From positions 281,666,001 to 281,730,000 of the forward strand of contig OZ024740.1 of the NCBI GenBank assembly GCA_964016885.1: a stretch of 64,000 nt of DNA, given 5' to 3'. Source of the stretch: Eledone cirrhosa. Taxonomy: Eukaryota. Every line of letters starts with the position of its first letter. Within the stretch, counting starts at the first letter, position 1. The position numbers and the translations under genes are program-made. Below, piece after piece: positions 13,301-27,204 of this stretch. Below the pieces are notes generated by a model. It was not told the DNA's origin and searched no databases. It saw only the letters and a list, made by a program, of their open reading frames with translations.

Positions 13301-15570
13301 TCCTTACCAGCGCGCAAGGCCTACAGAGACCGGATTAGCGAACAGGTTAAGCGCGCGTTGACGGGGCCATCGTCAACAACAAGTGGTGGTTTGCTCTGAA
13401 AAGATCGATTAGAATAGAGTCCATTAGGTTTAGTAAGGCTTTAGCAATAGAGAAAAATAGAGCAGAGGGAGAACTAGTTAAAAAATTAGACGATGCGCTT
13501 AGCAAAGGCATCGCGACCGACGTGCTTGCGGAGAAATTGGCCCTTGACCAATTCTTCAATGCAAACCACGAAGGCTGCGTTGTCAGAGCTAGGGTGCGTG
13601 CTCTCAGACACGAGGGGACGAAAGCCGTTCAATGGGCCCGAGTGGCGGAGGCCCGTCGTGGCAACAAAACCACGATCCGGTCTTTGGTGGACCACGACGG
13701 CCGCATGCTACTCGATCCCGGGAAAATGTGTGAAGCTTTTCAGCGACACTTCGCACAGCTGTTCGGGGGAAGCGGCGGGCCGGATCGAGGATTGGACTTT
13801 AGTGTCTACCTCGACGAACTGCCGCGGGTCCGGCCACAGAGGCGGAGTGTTGCGAAAAGCCTATAACAGCCGGGGTAAATCGTCTGGTTTGGATGGTCTG
13901 CCCTATGAACTTTACGTACAGATGCCAGACTTGTTCGGAGGCCGCTTGGCGGACGTCTACTGGCAACAGAACGGGAGAATTCCCAGCTCTGTGAGCCGAG
14001 GAGCTGTGGCGCTGCTGAGAAAGGATCCGAACAAGGGGAATAACATAGATAATTTCCGGCACATAACTCTTTCTAAACACAGAGTTCAAGATTTTGGCCA
14101 AGGTGCTAGCAAAGAGGTTGGCGCTTGTCGTTGGTGGACTGGTGGGAGAGGCGCAGACATGCGCCATTCCCGGCAGATCCATCCACGACAACCTCAACCT
14201 CATGCGATACATCGTGGAGAGGGTATCAAGGGAACCTAGCACGGGTGGCTCCTTGATCAATTTAGATCAGTCGAAAGCTTTCGATAGGGTCGACCATCGT
14301 TATTTGGCGGAAGTCCTGATGGCGGCTGGCTTTGGGCCCGTTTCAGAGGCTGGATTGCTGCCATGCACAACGACATCTGCTCTGTGGTGAGAGTGAACGG
14401 TCACCTTTCGGAACCATTCAACATCATGCGCTCGGTTCGCCAAGAATGTCCCTCTCGTCCCTCTTGTACGTATTGACTCTCGAGCCATTACTGTACAAAC
14501 TGGAGACGTTGAGGGAGGTCCCGGGCGAACTAGGGTGCGGAATATCCGTGTCAACATATGCGGAAGATGTCACCGTAGTGGTGTCGAACGCCAAACACAT
14601 CGAGGCGATGGGTATACACTAAGAGAATACGAAGCGGTGACAGGAGCAATGATCAACCAGGAAACGTCAGTGGTCCATGCCGTCCAACAGCGTCGTCGGG
14701 TGCTGGACGGACGGACCGGTTAAATTGCTATGGGTTTGGTTCGGTCCGGACCTCCAGACGGACAAAAAACTGGGACGAGGTGATGAGCAGGGTGGCTTAT
14801 CTCACCCAGAAATGGGCGGAGAGTAAGCTATCCCTGAAAGGTCGAGCGGAGGTGGCTAACGTGTACATCGCGGCCGTCATCTACTACCGCCTGACCGTCG
14901 TACCTTTTCCTAAGCCTCGCCTGACTGTCCGAGATGCGCACAGGGCGTCGAAACCGTCCTGCACGCACTCGTCCACTATCCGAGCATTGCTGACTTGTGG
15001 GTTTATGTCGAACACCTGCTGTCATGTGTAGGACGGATCCGGCTATCAGCTGAATCCATCGTGAGGATTGCCCCGCCCTCTTCCTTTAGCCGGGAAGGGC
15101 AGGCAGTTTTTATCTGTCTGGTGGCCATGGCGAAAGAGATAGTATGGTGGACACGTTTGAAAGGGCTGAAGACGAGCACTTACCTCTTCGGTGATGCCCT
15201 GATTAACTTTTTAAAATTTCATTTGAAAAGGAAAATCAGCATTTTGTTGAAAGATGGGTGAGAGAAGCAAGAATAGCCCGAGTGAATGGGCCTACTCTGA
15301 GTATGTGTTTGTAAATTAAAGGTGGAAAACTGGGAGAGGGCACTTGCCCTGGTGGTCAGGGTCACTGTGGCCTTTTAATGGGCTTTCTCCACAAATGTCC
15401 CTTGGAAGTCTCCCCCCTATTGGGAAATTTTTCATTGTTATTTTTTTGTTACATCCTTTGTTTTTGTTTTTTACACGCAGAAATGCCCATTTGTTCCGTC
15501 CTGTATTGTCCTGCACTGTCCTTAATGTCTACTTTATGTAAATCGTTGTGGTTAATAAAGAAAGCTTTAT
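10369..15570 (+). mobile_element. near full-length Tx1/L1-like LINE flanked by (ATT)n
   Basis: Broken ORF1 from 10580 with zinc knuckle CVVCGEGTHLRAFCP; ORF2 from 12548 with APE endonuclease (SINARGL, SETR, GDWN, YTDH) and RT (DQSKAFDRV, YAEDV); AATAAA at the 3' end; many frameshifts. Confidence 0.92.
12548..15318 (+). pseudogene. LINE ORF2 (APE endonuclease-RT), frameshifted and internally deleted
   Basis: Motifs spread over several frames; jumps at ~14925 relative to the intact C-terminal paralog at 39746-40930. Confidence 0.88.
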
Positions 15571-15594
15571 AATAATTATTATTATTATTATTAT

Positions 15595-15892
15595 TTCATC
15601 CTTACGGGGTCGATAAAATAAAGTACCAGTAATGCACTGGGTAAATGCTGGCCATGTGCCTAAAGTAGAAACAATTAATATTATTATAACAATACTCGTG
15701 GATTGGCAGTGGATTGGCAGTATCGGTAGAGCGCGGACACCAAGCTTTGCAACAGAGAGTTACGGCCCTTTATGATCTGAGTTCAAATCTCGCCGAGGTT
15801 AACTTTGCCTTTCATCCTTACGGGGTTGATAAAATAATGTACCAGTAATATACTGGTTAATTACTGGCCTTGTGCCTAAAATAGAAACAATT
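15595..15892 (+). mobile_element. two SINE family A copies (one partial, one full)
   Basis: Consensus matches at ~15595-15677 and ~15700-15892. Confidence 0.88.
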
Positions 15893-15907
15893 ATTATTAT
15901 TATTATT

Positions 15908-18080
15908 GGCTGTCAGAGTGTGATAACGTGTTATTGTGACCTCCACAAGGTAGTACATTTTAAAAATGTTCGTTCTAATTAATTATTATATTATTTTTGA
16001 AAAAGAGTCGTAAGACTTCCGTCAAAACCCTGTAAAGGGGAACAGGAGACTTTATAAAATTTGGGCCTTTTGGCCTAAATATTTGAACTTTGTATATTGT
16101 TTGCCTATTTAAAGAAAATGGACGAGACGCTCCCAATATTAAGTCTGCCGTCTTGTGATAGCGACTTAAAAGTTGAGAGGGGGACACAATAACAAGCACA
16201 ATTATGGACCAAGAAAAAGTAATTAGAAACATAACATTCAACAACGAATTTAGCAACACCACCACAAACAACATGAACAACGATAGCAACAACAGTAATA
16301 GTGAAACAAGTAAAGAAAACAACAACAACAACAGCTCCAACTGCAACAACAACAGCTCCAACTGCAACAACGAAAACATCAACAACAACTGCACCAAGAA
16401 CAACACCACCAACAACAACGACACCAACAACATCATCACCAACAACAATGTGACCAATAACAGCAACATGGACAATAACAAGAACACTTTCGCTGCTGCA
16501 TGATCATCAGTGAAAAAGATAAACAATTGGCCCTGGCCTGGAAGCTCATCAAACAAGAGCAAACCTGGGTCAACCTAACTGTTCCGGCTGAAGCTATAGA
16601 GTCGGTGGAGAGGAGATCGGTGCACTTTAGATACATTTCAGTGCAGACAAAAAGTGGCAATCATTTCACAAGCCGAAATTGAAGCTGCGCTGAGGTGCAT
16701 CGGGGATGTCATCGAGTGTATAGTGAGGGGCAGACAATACGGCACCATCTCGGTGCTGTTTAAGTCAGAAGCCCTCGCTGTGAAACACTGGATGACCCCT
16801 TGCAAAACCAGCAAGGTCATTATATACCCCTCCCATATGGGAAAAAGAAAAGTAAGAGCATGCATTCTCTGGATTCCCCCAGGACTAGACATGTGGTGGC
16901 TCCTGGGTTGCGTGATTGTGGAAGGGATAGATGCCGTCTCGATCGAGGCCACCAGAACAGCCAGGGAGGACTGGACTGGGGTTGACCTGAAGATAATTAT
17001 CCAGATCAGGTCTAAAGACCTGAGTCAAATCCCTGACCACATCCGTCTCCAAAACGGGACGGATCTGCATGTAAATACCGAGGGAAAAATGCTGCATTCT
17101 TTGTATGCGGCGAAACGAAACAACGCATTGGAGAGCCTTCAGCCCTCAACTGAAAAATGCAAAGGGTCTTAAGCCTCCACTGCTGCCGAGGCAGGGCAGG
17201 GACTACCATCAACAACAGCACCGGCAATACCGCCATGCAACAACAGAAGAAACGCCACCACCAACTTCGGCCATCCAGGGGGAAATCGAGTAAAGCTCAC
17301 CTACACCCCCCCACACAAAAAAATACACACATTGATACAAACACAACAACATACACATACAGACTCACTTACAGACACAGGCACCTCATCTTTCAGTAGC
17401 GAGGACGAGGTAAAACCCAAAGCCAAAAAAACAAAAAGAAGCTAGAAAAGAATTCGACACATCACACACACAACAGGAAATGCCGACACCTCACACAACA
17501 AACACTTCCACATCACCAATGTCAACACCACCACCACAATTGCTCAAACATAAAACAACCACAACAAACACAAGAATAAAACAAGACACACAACTTCGTG
17601 CTAGTAAGAATGACCAACAAGGATTTGTTGGCCTTAGTAGCACAAAGGCAAGAAATAGAAAAAGCGGGGGAGATATTTGGAATGGGCACATTTCGCGTGC
17701 CAGAGGATTTACTACTGGTACGGATGTTGCTCGACTTCTACAAAGAGATTAGAGAGGGATTTCCTCGGGACATGGGAACCCCGAATATGAAACCCACTTC
17801 AAGACTGTTAAAGGGGTTCCCAATGGAAATCCCACTAACCCTGGAGGTCGCGTTGTTCGACCTCCACAAGCCCCGGGAGATAAGTAAACCTTTCCTCTCC
17901 CTCCTTTAGCCTACCAACATGGCTATCCCAAGAGTAGGATGTTTAAATGTCCGTGGCCTGGGATCGCCCTGGAAGCTTGGTCGCCTGCTCAACGACCTCG
18001 GATCGCCAGATATGGATGTGATTGCCGTCAGCGAGACCAGGATTTCCGACACGCGCACACTAGCATATAATTGCCAGGCA
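15908..18080 (+). mobile_element. Tx1/L1-like LINE 5' part (ORF1 and start of endonuclease)
   Basis: Starts after (ATT)n with a 5' motif like the one at 10369; ORF1 homologous (RGRQYGTISVLF, IPPG....WLL); ORF2 start MAIPRVGCLNVRGLGS. Confidence 0.85.
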
Positions 18081-19629
18081 CGCAAGAAGAACATGTTTTT
18101 TTGCCTGCAGCATATCACATAAACGGATATTTCATCTGCAGAAATCGTTCTCATACCAGCAACAAATGTATATACAGCATCTGTGATTGCATAAGGGAAT
18201 TATTGAAATAATTATAATGAATAAACGCTTTATCTAATCAGTATTTTTCTTGGTGTTATTCTTATAGATATATAAATATGTACAAATATATGTGCGTATA
18301 TATGAATTTAGAAACCTCTTACTGGACATATCTACAGACACGCACAAGCACAGACACTCACTCACACATACACACACACACACATACACACACACGCTCA
18401 CTCAGATTTTGAATTAACTTAGTCTACAACTGAAAAATCTAAATATATTTTTTGGCCAATCTAGAAGTCTGTAAACGTTTGGTCTTTAATTTTTTTTTTT
18501 TTCTTTTTGCAAACTTCAAAAGAAGCAATATCTAGTAGCTGATCTTTTATTCACTATAGCATACCTTTAGCGCATACTTTTAATTTCTGAGCATTGCTAT
18601 TACGTATCGCTCATTATGTGAATTACTAATATATTCTAATATCACCGAAGGTGAACATAGCGTTGGTTTCTTGATGTTTGCAATTAGTTTGTTCTTTCAT
18701 TGTTTGCTTACACAGTCTACCTTCAAAGATAGAGAAATTTGTTTGTTTCGTTTGATTTACCCAACACAATATCAACTCAAATACATGGGAATAGATACAA
18801 CTAGGAATTGAAACAAGGTTGAAGGTTCTGTTTAACAGATATGGTAACGTTGTTAACTTGCAAGTGCTTATCTATACAACAGACACGTCTACTATTAACG
18901 TAATACTGAGTAAGATACGGTATGACAGTGTGTGGTAAGGTTGGTCCTTTGAATAACAGATATCCATCCGATGGGTGTCCAAACAGTTTTTATCTCCTTA
19001 ATTTCAAACCACAAGGCTTGGCTAAAACTGAAGCAATGATAAATTACAATTGCCCAAGATGCCACTCAGTGGAATCAAACCCAGTAGAAGCGAACTTCTC
19101 AACCATTTGAACATGCTGTGTACCCTAGATTGCTTATGTTTTGTTGGAAAAAAAAAACTGAAAACTCAACTGCACAAATATTTCCAACTTATCAAACCTG
19201 CAAGTTTGAAGTTACACTCAGAGGGGTTTTAACTCAAAGCAATGGCATTATGTTCTCTAATGCATTGAATCTGTCATTGTACCCTGTCATTCACCACTAT
19301 TGCTGTTATTCTGTATATAAATAAAATAAATATTTCCTTTGTCTCAGGAACTATCAATTTCATTTTAGATCAGAAAAAATACTTTGTTTTATATTTTCTT
19401 TATACTGGATATTCTTGAACACCGACAAAATTGCTAAGATTTTTATAATTAAAAGAAAACAAATTTTGTTTCTTTATATTACATTAGACGTTTTCTTTCT
19501 TTTCTTTTTTCTTTCCTTTTATGTAAAAATAAATTATGCAATTCTGCAGGTATATAATTATGCACATGTTAATAATAGTTTTCACATTTGGCACAATGCT
19601 AACAATTTTGCAGAAGAGGAAAGTTGATT

Positions 19630-19790
19630 ATACGCCCCAGTGCGTTTCTGGTACTTTATTTTATCGACCCCATAAGAATGAAAGGCAAATCTAATCTCGG
19701 CGGGATTTGAACTCTGAACATAAAATGGCATAACTATATGCCACAAAGCATGTTGTCCGACACTCTACCGATACTGCCAATCCTCCGACC
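19630..19790 (-). mobile_element. SINE family A, diverged
   Basis: Consensus match. Confidence 0.8.
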
Positions 19791-19824
19791 TAACATCAAC
19801 AACAACAACAACAATAATAATAAT

Positions 19825-21410
19825 GTATTTATTAGCCACTCAGGGCTTACATTAAGAAAATATTAAACTGAGTACAGGATGACACAGAGAAATACAATGT
19901 TATTTTTGTGTGCATACAACGGATATAAGGATATCTATAAAAATAAACTTTAAAAGAATCAAACAAGCAAAATCAAATTCCCCAATAGGGGAGACCTCTA
20001 AGAGTCACTCGTAGAGAAATCTCACAAAAAGCCACTATCACACTGATCGATAGGGAAAGTGCCTTCTCCTAGTTGTCGACCTCCAATTTACAAGCACACA
20101 CTCAAAGCGGGCCTATTCACTTGGACCATGCTCACCAATTTCACCCACCTTTCAACAAACTGGTTGGAAATTATCCCTTTCGCTGAAGAGGAACGTTCTT
20201 GTCTTCAACGCTTTCAAACGTGTCTACTACGCGACCCTGACAAAAGGCAGATAAAAACTGTCTGTCCTTCCCGGCTAAAAGCAGGTGGTGGAGCGAACTT
20301 CACGATGGACTCAGCTGATAGCCGGATGCGTTCTTCGCCTGATAGCAGGTGTTCGACATAAACCCACAAGTCAGAAATGCTTTGACACTCGACGAGTGCT
20401 TTTAGGAATGTTTCGTCGCCTTGCGAGCAACTCAGACAGGTTCAGCTGACTTCACCTCCATGCCTGTAGAATTTATTTCAAACCAGTAATGTTCGCCGGT
20501 AACAATGCCAGGTCAGTGAGTTTTGGAAGTTTTACTTGAACCCTGTATCAAAAGTCATCCGGAAAATAGGGCTAGTTGAATTCCGGTGGGTGATTCTCAG
20601 GTTCTACCCAAGAACATCATCGCTTTTACGTGCCACTAACCCTCTATAGAACACTAAGGTGGAATTTCCACCGATTGTACTGTCCAATTTGCAGTGAGCT
20701 GTGAGCGCTTGAAAGTGCTCCCTCTGGGTTTTCGCTTGATCCATGACAGATCTATCAAGCAAACGAGCTGGGAGAAAACGCGTTTAGCGAACGGTGACCA
20801 CACCTGTTGACTGTCAAAGAAAGGTTGGGGATGTCGTAGCCTCAGTGGAAGTTTGCTTATCATCAACCACGTAGTAGGCGTTAACAGCAAAGGCACGCGT
20901 CTCATCCACAAAAAGCAAAAGAAAACACGGTGCAGTGCAGTCAGACTTGAACCAGGACAATGCAAGATGGTCAGGCGGTAGTAGATGTCGGACATAATGT
21001 ATGTGTTCGCCTCCTCTGTCCGACATTTTAGTGGTGGCTTCCTCTCAGCTCATTTCTGGGTGAGAGTGGCCAATATGATCATTACCTAGTCCCAGTTGTT
21101 GTACATCTGGAGGTATGGGCCGAACCCGAGCAATTTAACGGGTTCGCCTGTCCAACACCCGACGACATTTCCCGGTTAATTGTTGCTCTTGTTACCGCTT
21201 CGTACTCCCTGAAAGCGGTGCCCATCATCTCAATGTGTTTGGTTTTCAACACCTCTACGGTGACGTCGTCAGAATATGCTAACATGGATCTACCACATTC
21301 TGGTTCGCTCGCAACGCCCGTCGATGCTTCCAATTTATGAAGTAGTGACTCGAGAGTCAATACATGCAACAGGGATGATAAGGGGCAATCTTGGCGGACA
21401 CTAGGGGTCA
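19825..21410 (-). mobile_element. Tx1/L1-like LINE 3' half, decayed
   Basis: SVRQDCPLSSLLHVL, AYSDDV, IYYRLT; 3' UTR TCCCCTATTGGG shared with the other copies. Confidence 0.85.
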
Positions 21411-21959
21411 ATCTGACTAATTGTGGGTATTTCCGCAAGAATATCGCTATATATTCTTTTGGAGATTGACTCTTGCCGGTCTTTGATTGCATCGGGAATT
21501 TCACTTTTAGATTTATATATATATAAGTATGTATACGTACATACATATATGTATACAGACGTACAGTAGTATGTATATATATATATACATACATACACAC
21601 ATATATATATGTACGTATGGATTCACCGAACATTTATTATAATGCTCGGTGTGTTTGTAAACAAACATCCCGTATTAAGCCGTAGTGTCTAGCAACAATC
21701 GTTGCTCGTTTGTTCAACACTGACAAAGGAATGCTGTACTAATTTCAAGCTTATTAGCTATCGTCAGCAACGTATACCTTCCTGCCAGATGATTGAACGT
21801 CTGAAAGTATATACTTTCCTTATGCATATTAACGGCTGAGCAGCCTAATTTGCATATCGAGTGAGTTAATCGGCCGTACGCACCGAAAACGTTAAACGGA
21901 AAAAATGAAACGAAATTACATTTCTCACTCTTAGTACGGCTGTTACTTAAATATATATG

Positions 21960-22096
21960 TAATAGCCAGGGCATGCGCAGTCTTCCAAGTAGCGGGTGTT
22001 TGATAGTGGTGGTGGTGGTGGTGGTGTTAGTGGTGTTGGGCGTGCTTGCCGGCATTGTGAAGCTCACAATAACACGTCTTTACAAGTAAGTCGCCA
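21960..22096 (-). mobile_element. Tx1/L1-like LINE 5' end fragment
   Basis: GGCGAC..GACGTGTTATTGTGAGCTTCACAA matches the 5' ends at 10369 and 15908. Confidence 0.6.
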
Positions 22097-22481
22097 ATGA
22101 TAATAATAATAAGAAGATAAGGTACTTAATTTCGAAATTATTTCACAAAATTGCAGTTTTATGCGATAATGCTATTGACATGCAATTTGTTATTATATCG
22201 AGAAAAGATATTTGTAAAACAGGTTTTGCTCAGTAATTCGCGAAAATCATCGCATTATAAATCGTTCCAATGAACGATTTATAATAACAGTTCTTTATCC
22301 TGTTCATCAGCTGGTGAAGATACATATAGTAATTGGTAAAGACTTTTTGCCAGAGGGTTATCCAACTTAGAGATTCATCATCATAATTTTATTATAGTAT
22401 GTTGAAGTATCAAAATGAAACAACGGCTGACAAAATGCCATAAAGTGTTTACTGCATATTCTGAGTTCAAAATGCGCTAAT

Positions 22482-22662
22482 AATTGTTTCTACTTTAGGC
22501 ACAAGGCCAGCAATTACCCAGTGCATTACTGATACTTTATTTTATCGACCCCGTAAGGATGAAAGGCAAAGTCAACCTCGGCGGGATTTGAACTCAGATC
22601 GTAAAGGGACGTAACTATGCTAGAAAGCATGGCGTCCAACCCTCTACCGATACTGCCAATTT
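22482..22662 (-). mobile_element. SINE family A
   Basis: Consensus match. Confidence 0.9.
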
Positions 22663-23492
22663 ACTGTATTTGAAAAATACAATAATGAAATAAATCAATA
22701 AAATTCTGTTGTTGGAGAAGAGGAGACGAGTAATAATATAACAGAACCCAATGAAGAATTCGAGCACCACGAGAAAATGTGAAAATGTGTGTTTGTAACT
22801 TAATGACGGTGGGTGACGGGGGGGGGGGGGGTTGCCGGTTTCATGGATCAGAGATGGGGGGGGTCGCCGTTGACGGTGTGAAGGCAGTACGCCGACTGAG
22901 ACAATTGTCCCTTCGGGCAGTCTTTTTATGTCCGTCGGTAGGCTCAAGTCGGCTCTCAGTTTTTTGTTTTATTTTTTACACAGGAGTGGTGGTGATTGGG
23001 TAGAAATGTTTCGGAATTGTATTGTTATTATTACTATTATTGTTATTATTTTTGTGTTGGGTGAGCAGAAATGATGTGCGGAGCCCTGAGTACGCGACGA
23101 ATTTTTAATTGTGTTTTTTCTGTGAAAGCGTTCTCATCCGGTTGGTGATGGACATTAGGTAGAATGTATCAGAAGATTTGTGGAAGAATGTAACAGCAGG
23201 CCTTTTATTATATTCGAAAGTCTCGTCGCTCATATTACAATAAATTTAAATTTTAAATAAACAACACATTCATATGCTGACAGCTACACAAATAAGCAAA
23301 ATAAAATTAATGTAAATCTGAACAGAGTAAAAAATGGATTTCTCTTAACAGTACATGATAGTAAATGAAACTGAAGACAGTTTAGAAAATAATTGTTGAA
23401 TATGCAGTTTTTGCAAAAACAGACACGTTGAAAGTAGGAACATAGTTTTGTTTTTAATTCTTTTATGCGGTGTTTTCAATGCAATTTACAAT

Positions 23493-23550
23493 AATTGTTT
23501 CTACTTTATGCACAAGGTCAGCAATTACCCAGTGCATTACTGGTACTTTA
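23493..23550 (-). mobile_element. SINE family A 3' fragment
   Basis: Matches the tail of the consensus. Confidence 0.8.
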
Positions 23551-24964
23551 TAATGCAATTTCCAATAATGTTAGTCGTTATGTGAGCGTTTTTTAACCAT
23601 CTTTCTTTCCTACAACTTTACTAGTAGCTAGATTTAATACAACACTTTTAACAGTTGTATTAGACAATAGTTTCAGCTGATAATCTTACTATTTTAAAGT
23701 ATTGATATATCTTAACTTGGAACTAAACCAACAAGTGCATAGTAGTTTGAATCAGTTCCAGAATGAAAAAAAAGGAACTAAAACAGTTGAGTATTCCTGC
23801 ACTTAATTTATTATGTCGAGTGCGACTTGTTGGGTTTTAAATATTTATGATGTTTTACATTGCCACAAATCTGAACATTTTAAAGAAAGGATCTTGTTGG
23901 TTGAATTGACACAATACATGACTACTACTTACTCTCCGGATAGATGAAAAGAAATTCATCCCAGGGTTGAATTAAACTTTGGACGCAACGGTACGAAACT
24001 AAATATATGGTGAGCTCAGTTTTAAACATATGTAAACAAAGAACATGAAAATCAAATTTTCATGTTTTTTTGTTTCCAAAATGTTTTGGAGTTTCATCTA
24101 AGTGGATAAAACACATGTTGTACAAAATCAATTTGTAATTAAAAGTGGAGTCAGCTGTTTATGTGAATTTCAACTTGCAAAAAAAAAGATTATGATGTAG
24201 AACTATTTACACAATTGTTTATGAGATTCTCCTTATATTAAACTTTTAGAAAACTATCGAAAGACATCTGTAGGGTTTGTCTTTGTCTATAGAGAACAAA
24301 TAACCATGTTGAATTGTAGTTGCCTTTGTGGATTCTGATAATTGTAAATTGAAATATATTTCTCTCTGTGGTAATTTTTGAGAAGGCTTGCTAACACCTG
24401 GCGATATCTTACTACTTGTTGTGAACACTTCATAATTTCATTTCTTCATCAAATATTTTATTGAAATACTCAAAATGTTAAGAGAATCCGCGTGAAAACT
24501 GCACATTTTTGAGACTATGAAGAATGCCTAAAAATTGTAAAACATCGTTTAAAGATTTTGGTTTAATTGACAAGTGATAAATCGTGAGTACCGCAACATT
24601 AGACTAAAAAGTATACTCTCCTCGTTAATATTGATATTTATTGATACTCTTACTGATTTCATTTGCAATTATTAAAGATACTAAGTTTTATTTTTTTTTC
24701 CTTTTTAGGCATTGATTTTAAAATAATATAGCAAAAACATTTCTTTTGGAATATCAGATATATTGGATCCTGGTACCCGACGTTCCTCAATTGAACTGCT
24801 TCCGCTTCAAGGTTAGACAATAAATTCGGTTCTGATCAAATAAAAGCATTAGAGAACTGCTCAAATATTTTGGTTGATGTTGCACGCACAAATATCATAA
24901 AGTGCACTCTAAAGAATTCCATTCAACTGATTGGCAAAGCTACAACGACACACTAGTTCACAAA

Positions 24965-25285
24965 CTGGGGAAGGAGCCTCTCGAGGAGGGGTGGATGTTG
25001 CAGCGGATGTCGGTAGCCATTGTCCGCGGGAATGCTTTTGCGGTCTTGTCCACATGGTGCAGCCCCATTACCGCCATTCCATAGGCCCAGAGCCCAATCG
25101 CCCTCACCCTCCTCCCTCTCCGTTCTTCTGTGACACTAGCGCCCTTGCCATTCCCTTCCTTTTCTGTTTTTTTTTATATTTTCTTATTTTACATTCCATT
25201 CTTTTTTCTCAATCTAAATTTTCTTTTTTTCTTCTTTTTCTATTATATTGTATTTACATGATATATTTTTACATAGAATAAAGTT
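24965..25285 (+). mobile_element. CRE-like RLE non-LTR element 3' end
   Basis: WMLQRMSVAIVRGNAFAVLST is a typical CRE-clade C-terminus, followed by a T-rich UTR and AATAAA. Confidence 0.7.
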
Positions 25286-26122
25286 CGATAGTGCTCACAA
25301 ACACAGTTTCTTTTCATTGTATCTTCTATTGTTATTGGAATGGCCTCTAGTCCTCTGATTCAGAAAGTCTTGACTACTTATCCTCAAACCTATGTGCTAC
25401 AATTCTCCCTCATCATTTTGCTGTCTTTAATGCTTCTCAGCCAAGCTCTCATGTTAATAATCACCTACATATGTTAAAATCGAAAATCGATTTCATTGAT
25501 TTTCCCAATATGGGAAGCTCAAAAAGCACTGCCACTCTCCTCCGAATAATTAATAGGAAGTGATGTTAACAAACTTTCGTATTCTGTAACTTTGTTGACA
25601 CTTAATCAGTAAGACAACATATAACAGTCTGGTTACTGTTTGTTAAATATAAGTTTATATCTCTCCTGACACGGAAGATTATGTCATTCATTAGAAACTA
25701 ATCGTATTTCAATATTGGATATCTAATAAGATTTCATACTGTGTTCTGATATCGTGATCAAATACTTTAGTCCTTTAGGCTAGCATTTTGTCAAGTGGGT
25801 CAACAATTCTTCACTGCGTATTTAAATATATTTTATCGGCAAAAATATGTAGATTTTAATAAATATTATCTTGATTAATAAGATATATTGCGAGCTCCGA
25901 GATATATTACATATATATATGCCTGCATGTATGATCATATTCAAACACGCGCACGTATGTACACACGTACATGCATGCGTATAAATAGATTCACAAAAAA
26001 TAACATCTATCTGCATGTGTATAAAAAACAATAATAGTCTTAATCACAATATTATTTACTTGAAGAAGAAGAAGAAGAAGAAGAAGAAGAAGAAGAAGAA
26101 GGAGGAGGAGGAGGAGGAGGAA

Positions 26123-26570
26123 AACTGGTTACGAAGCACTGGATTAAAGACGAGACTGAAGGATTTCTAATTGCAATATAGGATCAAACTTCTCCCCATA
26201 AAACACATAATGAAGCACAACGAAACAAGTTACTGCAGAATATGTGGCGATGGGGAAGAAACAATTAACCACATAATCTCTGGCTGCCTTGTCTTATTTT
26301 TAAAAAAGAATATATGCACAGACATTTTAGAGTTGGAAGTTACATCCACTCTAGATACTTTATTTTATCGATCCCGAAAGGAAGTAAGGCAAAGTTAACC
26401 TCGGCAGGATTTGAACTCAGAATTTAAAAGGCTATAACTCTATGTTGATAAGCATAGTTTCTGACGCTCTATTGATACTGCCAATCCACCAATCGCTGTA
26501 ATGATAAGCTCTCAGCATACAGAAATAGCACTACCAGGCACTGCACACATTTAAAGAAGAGTACTTTTAA
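26123..26570 (+). mobile_element. R4/Dong-clade LINE remnant with an internal SINE
   Basis: NWLRSTGLKDETEGFLIAI.DQ, CRICGDGEETINHIISGC, then ALPGTAHI.RRVL; SINE at ~26355-26490; preceded by (GAA)n(GGA)n. Confidence 0.8.
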
Positions 26571-26664
26571 TATAATAAAAATAATACCGCCAGTGTGTAT
26601 GAATATGAGAATATATATACACAAACACATACATGCATGTATGTGTTTGCGTATGAAACTTCTA

Positions 26665-26772
26665 AAGGCAAAGTTAACCTCGGCGGGATTTGAACTCAGA
26701 CCGTAAAGGGCCGTAACTCTTTGCTATAAAGCATGGCGTCCGACCCTCTACCGATACTGCCAATCCACCGCC
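26665..26772 (-). mobile_element. SINE family A 5' part
   Basis: Consensus match. Confidence 0.85.
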
Positions 26773-27204
26773 CTCATAATGTGTAAATGACAGACGATGT
26801 GTACATAATGCGTAAATGACAGACATACTGTGTAAAATGACAGACGATGTTTTAAAGTTATTGCCCCTGATATAGTTGTATGTATTGTAATTGCTGTTCT
26901 AAGAACACGTGGTGCAATTACAGCAGGTCTTCCTAGATGGCATGTGCAGTTTTATATGAAATAAATGTATAACACAAGGTATATCGCTGAACAAGTTAAT
27001 GCTTAAAAGTTTGAAGAATGTTGAAACCATTGTATGTATTGTAACTGTGTAATTTGGAAAACCTATTACATTCAGTTAATGATGGTTCTTTCTAATATTG
27101 AAGAAGTATGAAAGGTGATGTCCATCTTATTGGATATGTCAGGTGAAGGATTAGTTGCTACTATTACTAAGAGATACGTATAGCTATTTTTAGGTATATG
27201 TATG

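Noticed and set aside
21835-21900. CTGAGCA..GAAA-ACGT-TA between TA tracts
   Set aside because: Core mismatch and no stem I pairing
22870-22915. TTGACGG..GAGAC-AATT-GTC, a hammerhead look-alike
   Set aside because: Several invariant core positions are altered and there is no clear stem I; at best a dead remnant
24470-24960. GTGAGT..polypyrimidine-TAG intron-like signals suggesting a host exon
   Set aside because: All three frames after the acceptor hit stops quickly and no recognisable protein results
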